From NCBI GenBank assembly GCA_943356495.1, contig CALRFF010000001.1:158864-191011 (forward strand): DNA of 32,148 nucleotides. Reading direction: 5' to 3'. Shown one piece after another: positions 24,714-32,148 of this stretch; positions within the stretch are counted from its first letter, which is position 1; the number at the start of each line of letters is the position of its first letter. The notes under the pieces are model-generated. The model was not told the origin of the DNA. It was given only the letters and a program-made list of their open reading frames with translations, and did no database searches. The DNA comes from Candidatus Nomurabacteria bacterium (lineage in GTDB: Bacteria > Patescibacteriota > Minisyncoccia > Phycocordibacterales > SBAW01). The translations under genes were made by a program, and so were the position numbers.

Positions 24714-25046
24714 ACGCGCGCGTCTGTAAGCGGAATTCTGTCGTCATAGCTCCGCTCCTTGCGGAGCGTCTCTTTGACGTAGCGCAATTTATCTGGGCCT
24801 TGCGTCGCCGCAAAGCTCGAGCGGCACTCCTCGCTTGCGCGAGGCACGACCTTGCACTCGGATAGGTATTTAGCCGTTTCACCCGCACTTAAGCGGCTCG
24901 TCTCTGTTCGCAACCCTTGCGCCCGTTAGGAGCGCACGGCAGGCGTTACCTGCTACCTTCTTAACCCTTAGCACTATTGCTAGTACAGGGTGAGTGTTCC
25001 GACTTTCCTCCCCGCCTTTTACAGCGGAGCTGCAACCCAACGCGCT
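24714..25046 (-). ncRNA. rnpB: RNase P RNA
   Basis: Minus strand GAGGAAAGTCGGAAC ... ACAGAATTCCGCTTA (P4 halves with compensatory changes), GGTGAAACGGC, P1 GCGCGTT/GACGCGC; extended -10 TGGTACAAT 7 nt upstream. Ends are approximate. Confidence 0.92.
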
Positions 25047-25083
25047 AATGCTATTGTACCACACTAGCGACAAGTTTTCAAAT

Positions 25084-25524
25084 CTACTCTTCGTTTATAA
25101 CCATGCGGCTCCCCTCCCGTATCTCCTTTGCGGCTCCTGAGGGAACTTCCAAAACATATTTGGCGTCCGGTGTCTGCGGATACAACGCCAAAGGATACGT
25201 GTCGGGCGATACGTTGTGCACCACCGTTATTACCGTGCCGTCCTCGCGCGCCCATAGTATATCTATAGGGAAGCGCATGTCCTTCATCCAGATACCCCAC
25301 GAGGCAGGCGTATCAAAAACAAACAACATGCCGTGTCCGGCCTTAAGCGAGCCACGGCTGCCCAAACCTTGCTCGCGCAGCGGCTCGGTGTCGGCTACCT
25401 CGACTTGAAAGTAGATGTTGTCTACGCTAATGGTACGCATGACGTAGGGGGATTTGCTTGGCCACAGCAAGTAAGCGCCGAGTGCGACTATTGCTATACC
25501 CGCCAGTGGAATCCAAAATTTCAT
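25084..25524 (-). CDS. DUF192 family protein
   Basis: VEVADTEPLREQGL..R....GMLFVF....IWMKDMRFPIDILW...YVLEVPSG. Confidence 0.9.
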   Translation of the reverse strand: MKFWIPLAGIAIVALGAYLLWPSKSPYVMRTISVDNIYFQVEVADTEPLREQGLGSRGSLKAGHGMLFVFDTPASWGIWMKDMRFPIDILWAREDGTVITVVHNVSPDTYPLALYPQTPDAKYVLEVPSGAAKEIREGSRMVINEE

Positions 25525-25938
25525 TTAGCGCCAGAGTCCAAGTACAATGGCCAAAACTTCGATGTTAACCAATGCGTAGGCGGCGTTAAACAGAAAAAGT
25601 TTTAACGACTTACCCTCCCATAGCCAGCTGTTGGCCAACGTCGGCGCCAAAAAGCCGAGCCACACCCAAAAACCAAGTACCGCAGCGTCCTGCCAGTTTG
25701 CAACACCGAAGAGTACTACAAAGTGCGCGAGCACATAGGACACCAGCACCGTGAAAATAAACCCGATAAGCATCGCTTGGGTTGCGGTAAGCGGCATCGA
25801 CTTCATGTCGCCGAAGGTAAGCCCCGAGAGCTTCATCCATTGTTTGCCGAAGCCCCACGGGCTGTGCCACCACGCCCCCACCACAAAGGAAAGTACCGCC
25901 GCCAAAAGCACGGTGTAATAGTTAATCGAGAGTTCCAT
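25525..25938 (-). CDS. DUF1761 family membrane protein
   Basis: INYYTVLLAAVLSFVVGAWWHSP..FGKQWMKL, GFWVWLGF, LWEGKSLKLFLFN. Start could also be 25944. Confidence 0.85.
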   Translation of the reverse strand: MELSINYYTVLLAAVLSFVVGAWWHSPWGFGKQWMKLSGLTFGDMKSMPLTATQAMLIGFIFTVLVSYVLAHFVVLFGVANWQDAAVLGFWVWLGFLAPTLANSWLWEGKSLKLFLFNAAYALVNIEVLAIVLGLWR

Positions 25939-26011
25939 ATACATTAAAAAATTACCTCTTAATAAAAGCGCCTGCATGTAGTATACCAAAAGGTACCCCA
26001 GCGAAAGACAG

Positions 26012-27673
26012 TTACCGTACTGCCGCCTGCAGAAGATTCTTAAATACTTCGCTAAGTTCCTTGATCCCGACGGGTTTAGTAAGGTGGGCGGAGAACCCCG
26101 CATCAAGCGCTTTTTGTTTGTCCTCCGCCAGCCCGAAACCCGTAAGCGCGACCACGGGCGGCGGCGGGATATGGCGCGCGCGCATGGCTTTGATCACCTC
26201 ATACCCGTCCATCTCCGGCATGCCGATATCGAGCAAAATAATATCAAAATTGGCGAGTTGCCCGTGCATGAGTGCGTCTTTACCCGAGTAGACCGCTTCT
26301 GCGCGGGCGCCCAGCTTATTCATAAGTTTAACCAGCGCATTTGCCGCTTGGACGTTGTCGTCCACCACCAGTACGCGCTGAGTCATGACCTCCCTGTTTA
26401 TTTGCCCCGGCTCCGAGGCAAAACTAAGCATGCCCGTGATAGGCAGTTTGATAGTGAACTCGCTCCCCTTACCCCTACCCTCGCTTTTGGCCTCGATAGA
26501 CCCTTGGTGCAACCCGACGATTTCGTGCACGAGCAGGAGCCCGATACCCAAGCCGCCGGAGTTGTTGCCGTTTTTACCTTTGTAGTAAAGCTCAAAAATG
26601 TTGGAGAGGTCTATCTCGTCGATGCCCACGCCGTTGTCGCGGATTTTGAGTACCGCAGAACCGTCTTCTTTAGAAAGGTTAACCCAAATAGAGCCGCCGG
26701 TAGGGGTAAACTTTGCGGCGTTGTTCATCAGGTTGGTGATGGCCTGCTCCAGACGGGTATCATCCGCCCACACCTGCAGCGGAGTGCTCGGATACGTAAC
26801 GTGCAGCGTAATGTCGGAGGCGCGCAACAGTGCATCACTTGCTTGGAGCGACCGCTCAACCAGTTTACGCAGCTCGACCGTGTGCGGGACGATCTGTATC
26901 TTGGCTTGGGTAAAGCGCGTAACGTCCAACAGGTCGCCCAACAGCTTGGCGAGGTGGTCAAACTGGTGCTCGATATTGTCCAACTCCTCGCGCACGTCGG
27001 TGGTTGTCTCGCGCAGCTTCAGAAGTTCGAGCGAACTTTTGATAGGCGCCAGCGGATTGCGCAGCTCGTGCGACAGCGAAGCCAAAAAGAGGTCTTTAGC
27101 TTTGTCGCGCACCGATATTTCATCAGACAAGCGGCCATTGTCCAAAATAACACCGAGGTCGTTGCAGAACTCCCGAAAGAATTCAAAATCCTCCTGCGTA
27201 TATACCCTGCCGGACTCCGCATACCCCAACGAAAGCGCCCCTAATGTTTTGCCCAGCGCAACAATGGGGATAATCATGAGTGATTTGAGCCCCAGTCTCT
27301 GCATCGCCTCTAGGTGCTCGGGCGAGCGGGCACCCTGCCGTATAGTCTCGTCGGTAACGACGGGTACCAACTGCGCCTCGCCGGTCTTAATGACCGCGTA
27401 GAGGTCGCTGGAATTCTTTTCGGTCGTCGGAAAACGCTTTTCAAACTCAAAAAGATAGTCGGTCATCTTTGCGTCCTTGTGGATGACCGCGATGCGTTTG
27501 AGGTGTCCGTGCTCGTTGAGCACGTCAATTGCGCACCAGTCGGCAAGCGACGGCACGGTCAGTTTTGCCTTTTCCAAGAGCCATGTGCGAAAGTCCACCT
27601 TGGTGGAAAGGATCTTGGCCGACTCCAGCATAAACCGGAGTTTATCTTGATCGTGGGTGTTAATTTTGGACAT
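26012..27673 (-). CDS. Hybrid sensor histidine kinase (GAF-HisKA-HATPase-REC)
   Basis: VPSLADWCAIDV GAF; FLASLSHELRNPLAPI H-box; QAITNLMNNAAKFT, DNGVGI, GLGIGL, GKGSEF; VLVVDDN...LLDIGMPEMDG...ALTG receiver. Start could be 27694. Confidence 0.95.
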   Translation of the reverse strand: MSKINTHDQDKLRFMLESAKILSTKVDFRTWLLEKAKLTVPSLADWCAIDVLNEHGHLKRIAVIHKDAKMTDYLFEFEKRFPTTEKNSSDLYAVIKTGEAQLVPVVTDETIRQGARSPEHLEAMQRLGLKSLMIIPIVALGKTLGALSLGYAESGRVYTQEDFEFFREFCNDLGVILDNGRLSDEISVRDKAKDLFLASLSHELRNPLAPIKSSLELLKLRETTTDVREELDNIEHQFDHLAKLLGDLLDVTRFTQAKIQIVPHTVELRKLVERSLQASDALLRASDITLHVTYPSTPLQVWADDTRLEQAITNLMNNAAKFTPTGGSIWVNLSKEDGSAVLKIRDNGVGIDEIDLSNIFELYYKGKNGNNSGGLGIGLLLVHEIVGLHQGSIEAKSEGRGKGSEFTIKLPITGMLSFASEPGQINREVMTQRVLVVDDNVQAANALVKLMNKLGARAEAVYSGKDALMHGQLANFDIILLDIGMPEMDGYEVIKAMRARHIPPPPVVALTGFGLAEDKQKALDAGFSAHLTKPVGIKELSEVFKNLLQAAVR

Positions 27674-27813
27674 GCATGGGGTAGAACCATGCAAGGCACA
27701 CAGTTATACGCAGAGTATAACACCTATTCATGAAGATTCCCTGAGTATGATAATCCTGCCTGTTTGTCAAATTTTGTGGCGGTACCTTGCTATACACTCC
27801 TTAAAAATCTCGG

Positions 27814-27898
27814 CGGAGGCGGAGAGATTCGAACTCTCGATACCTTGCGGTATGCCGCCTTTCCAAGGCGGTGCACTAGACCACTATGCGACGCCTCC
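27814..27898 (-). tRNA. tRNA-Ser(GGA)
   Basis: GGAGGCG/CGCCTCC acceptor, CCGCC-TTGGAAA-GGCGG, variable arm ATACC-GCAA-GGTAT, GTTCGAATC. Confidence 0.95.
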
Positions 27899-28006
27899 GT
27901 TGTACTACCACGAACTCAAATTACCCTAACTCAAATCTGGAATTTTTTCGACCTGAGTGCTACGCCTCCTAGCGTTGAACGCGCGTAAAATATAGCACAA
28001 AAACAG

Positions 28007-28894
28007 CTACGGCTGCAGTAGAGCCTTTATCCTAGCTTCGACCGGCGGGTGGGTCATAAAAAGTCTGGCCAAGCCGCTCATGCGGCCTTTTGCACCAAAC
28101 GGGTTAGAGATATACAAATGCGCCGTTGCGTTGTTGGCGCGGCGCATGGGGGCCGAGTATGCCCCTATCTTGCGCAATGCGTTTGCCAGCCCTTCAGGGT
28201 AGCGGGTTAAGAGTGCCCCCGATGCGTCGGCCAAAAACTCGCGCTTGCGCGAGATGGCCAACTGCATAAGCGTGGCGACAATAGGCGCAAGCACAATAAG
28301 CGCTACCGCGATAATCATCAGCACCGGGTTGCGGTTGTTGTCGCGATCGCCCGAACCAAGAAAAGTCGACCGCAAAAAGAAATCCGAAGCGAGCGTGACA
28401 AACCCAACCAGCACCACGGCGATAGTAGACACCAGCATGTCGCGGTTGCCGATATGGCTTAGCTCGTGCGCCAGCACACCCTCAAGCTCATTGCGCTCCA
28501 TCATACCTAAGAGTCCGGTGGTAACCGCCACGACGGCATGGTCTTTGTCGCGACCGGTCGCAAAGGCATTGGGCGCGGCGTCCTCGATAATATATATTTT
28601 TGGTTTGGGCAGGCCGGCAGTAATCGCCAAGTTTTCTACTATATTGTGGAGTTCTGCATACTGCGCCTCGTGTGCGGGCTTAGCACCAGCCATCGCCACC
28701 ACCACTTTGTCGGAGTTCCAGTACGCAAAAATATTGGTGCCGACCGCAAACAATACCGCAAAGATAAGCAGCCCCGGACTATTGAAGTACCAAGAAATTG
28801 CCCACCCCAGCGCCATGACCACGCCAAAAAAACCAGCCATGAGTAGCCAAGTCTTTGCTACATTTTCTTCCTGATGCGTGTAGAGCGTCGCCAT
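28007..28894 (-). CDS. htpX: Zinc metalloprotease HtpX (M48)
   Basis: PNAFATGR, ELEGVLAHELSH, SRKREFLADASGA, LFMTHPPVEARI. Confidence 0.95.
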   Translation of the reverse strand: MATLYTHQEENVAKTWLLMAGFFGVVMALGWAISWYFNSPGLLIFAVLFAVGTNIFAYWNSDKVVVAMAGAKPAHEAQYAELHNIVENLAITAGLPKPKIYIIEDAAPNAFATGRDKDHAVVAVTTGLLGMMERNELEGVLAHELSHIGNRDMLVSTIAVVLVGFVTLASDFFLRSTFLGSGDRDNNRNPVLMIIAVALIVLAPIVATLMQLAISRKREFLADASGALLTRYPEGLANALRKIGAYSAPMRRANNATAHLYISNPFGAKGRMSGLARLFMTHPPVEARIKALLQP

Positions 28895-28896
28895 TA

Positions 28897-29454
28897 CTAG
28901 AATTTTACCGCGACGGGTGACCGTGCGGCAGAATCCTCAGCACCGAGCTCAAAGAACTCGCGCGGCTCAAAGCGGAAGAAGTTGGCTATAACATTGCCGG
29001 GGAAGGTCTCTAGCCCCGTGTTGAGGTCGCGCACGTTGGTGTTGTAAAAGCGGCGTGCCGCTTGGATTTTATTTTCGGTGTCACTGAGCTCGCGCTGGAG
29101 TTCGAGGAAGTTGGTGTTGGCTTTAAGGTCAGGGTAGCTTTCCGCAACGGCAAAGAGTGACTTGAGCGCGCCGGTGAGCATGTTTTCCGCCTTGCCCTTC
29201 TCCTCTACGCCGCCGGCATCCATCGCGGCCGCGCGTGCGGCGGTCACACTTTCAAGTACATTTTTTTCGTGGCTGGCATAGCCTTTAACCGACTCGATAA
29301 GGTTCGGTATCAGGTCGTAGCGGCGCTTTAGTTGGACATCAATGTCGGCCCACGCCTCTTTGGCGCGCATGACCAAGCGTACAAAGCGGTTGTACGCCGC
29401 AACGACCCAGAGCACAAGCAGGGCTACTACCCCAAGGACTATCCAAGTAATCAT
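28897..29454 (-). CDS. lemA: LemA family protein
   Basis: YNRFV......EAWADIDVQLKRRYDLIPNL, AESYPDLKANTNFLELQRELSDTENKIQAARRFYN. Confidence 0.96.
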   Translation of the reverse strand: MITWIVLGVVALLVLWVVAAYNRFVRLVMRAKEAWADIDVQLKRRYDLIPNLIESVKGYASHEKNVLESVTAARAAAMDAGGVEEKGKAENMLTGALKSLFAVAESYPDLKANTNFLELQRELSDTENKIQAARRFYNTNVRDLNTGLETFPGNVIANFFRFEPREFFELGAEDSAARSPVAVKF

Positions 29455-29554
29455 AGCGCTATTGTATCACTACTGGGGAAATTGCAAGAACATCCTAAAA
29501 GGGTTATTGTGGGGGCAGTATTCTTTCAACTGAGGCAACGAGGAGTTATTGCTA

Positions 29555-29896
29555 ATGAGCGACAAGTCCCATCCCGCAATACTACCCTCTTCTCCCGAAG
29601 CTCTCGCCGTGTTGCGCGACACCAAACCTCAACATTACGGGACCAGCAAGTTGCGGTCGATGGCGCCCATCGGCGAAGAGGAAGACGGGGAGATTCAGAT
29701 CTCGATTGTACGCGCAAAAGATCGCCGCAGAGAGCTTCGGGAGAAGTCTCTGGAGTTCCGCCTAAAAGGCCGCGCGGCGACGGGCACGGCCGAGGCGCAC
29801 GAGTTCTTTTATGCGGCGGGACTGCATGCCCATGCAGCCATGCTTCCGCTTTCGTCCTTCGGCCTAGCAAAAGCTGGTGGCGTGAGCAAACACTAA
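29555..29896 (+). CDS. Hypothetical protein (113 aa), no recognisable family
   Basis: Fills the lemA-groEL gap, has GAGGAG 9 nt before ATG 29555 and is followed by a terminator. Confidence 0.55.
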   Translation: MSDKSHPAILPSSPEALAVLRDTKPQHYGTSKLRSMAPIGEEEDGEIQISIVRAKDRRRELREKSLEFRLKGRAATGTAEAHEFFYAAGLHAHAAMLPLSSFGLAKAGGVSKH

Positions 29897-29900
29897 CGAC

Positions 29901-29926
29901 AAGCCCCGCGTACGCGGGGCTTTTTC
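29901..29926. terminator. Palindromic bidirectional terminator between the hypothetical gene and groEL
   Basis: aagccccgcgtacgcggggctt is a perfect 22-bp palindrome, followed by a T-run. Confidence 0.75.
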
Positions 29927-29927
29927 T

Positions 29928-31929
<2,002 letters not shown>

Positions 31930-31938
31930 AGGGCCTCT

Positions 31939-31967
31939 ATCGTAGTTAAAACAGGCGGTTGCGTCAA
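31939..31967 (-). promoter_or_regulatory. Sigma70-like groES promoter
   Basis: TTGACG(31967-31962)-17-TACGAT(31944-31939), 9 nt before ATG 31929. Confidence 0.65.
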
Positions 31968-31994
31968 GATTTACCCCATGCTAGTCTTTTTGTA

Positions 31995-32148
31995 ATGGCA
32001 CTAGCGGGGATACTCCCCTACATCCAGTTAGTTATATCGGTCGTGCTTATAGCGTGCATTCTGCTCCAGCAGACGGGCGCGTCTTTGGGCGGCGCCTTCG
32101 GGGGAGACAACTTCTCGGCCGGGTACCATACCCGCCGCGGGTCTGAAA
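31995..32148 (+). CDS. secG: Preprotein translocase subunit SecG, 3'-truncated by the window edge
   Basis: MALAGILPYIQLVISVVLIACILLQQTGASLGGAFGGDNFSAGYHTRRGSE; matches the SecG LLQ...G..FGG...RG pattern. Confidence 0.88.
   Translation, partial: MALAGILPYIQLVISVVLIACILLQQTGASLGGAFGGDNFSAGYHTRRGSE

Noticed and set aside
24978-25004. TTAGCACT resembling a CIRCE (HrcA) half-site
   Set aside because: It lies inside rnpB with no matching GAGTGCTAA at 9-nt spacing. No CIRCE was found upstream of groES, hsp20 or htpX either.
24626-25073. Small ORFs 24626..24913, 24703..24888 and 24879..25073
   Set aside because: They overlap the RNase P RNA gene, which explains the region.
26084-27244. 386-aa plus-strand ORF
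   Set aside because: Antisense to the clearly conserved histidine kinase; no recognisable domain.
25050-27813. Genomic island bounded by a tRNA-Ser(GGA) att duplication
   Set aside because: No repeat of the tRNA-Ser 3' end and no integrase found; the similar sequence at 10125 is the other tRNA-Ser.
27913-27936. Direct repeat aactcaaat x2 upstream of tRNA-Ser
   Set aside because: A 9-mer pair in AT-rich spacer; too weak to call an operator.

Overview
A 32 kb stretch of core chromosome from a small-genome bacterium. The gene content, shortened ValRS, compact spacing and near absence of Shine-Dalgarno sites suggest Patescibacteria/CPR, probably Parcubacteria; this is an inference. Coding genes: rpsA 3' end, pth, lepB, a degenerate HisRS paralog, rpsU, ybeY, ftsA, ftsZ, a TrxB/AhpF-type reductase, a DAO-family FAD oxidoreductase, DUF305, three secreted/surface proteins, tsaD, valS, PrsW, Hsp20, glutaredoxin, an FtsB/DivIC-like protein, lepA, murJ, a membrane TPR protein, DUF192, DUF1761, a hybrid histidine kinase, htpX, lemA, groEL, groES and the secG 5' end. 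RNA genes: seven tRNAs and RNase P RNA. No transposase, integrase or CRISPR array was seen. The most notable signals are: (1) short palindromic or repeat elements inserted in frame in housekeeping genes (lepA, two sites in tsaD, the HisRS paralog), one sharing a ~25-nt core with an intergenic hairpin 19.5 kb away; (2) a 192-bp structured element at the tRNA-Glu 3' end, bounded by a 15-bp direct repeat and carrying an antisense copy of the tRNA 3' half; (3) a likely catalytically dead HisRS paralog; (4) pervasive leaderless-type promoter geometry, including tsaD starting 3 nt after tRNA-Val. All calls are by eye, with no database searches. Start codons were often moved downstream of the ORF-track start.
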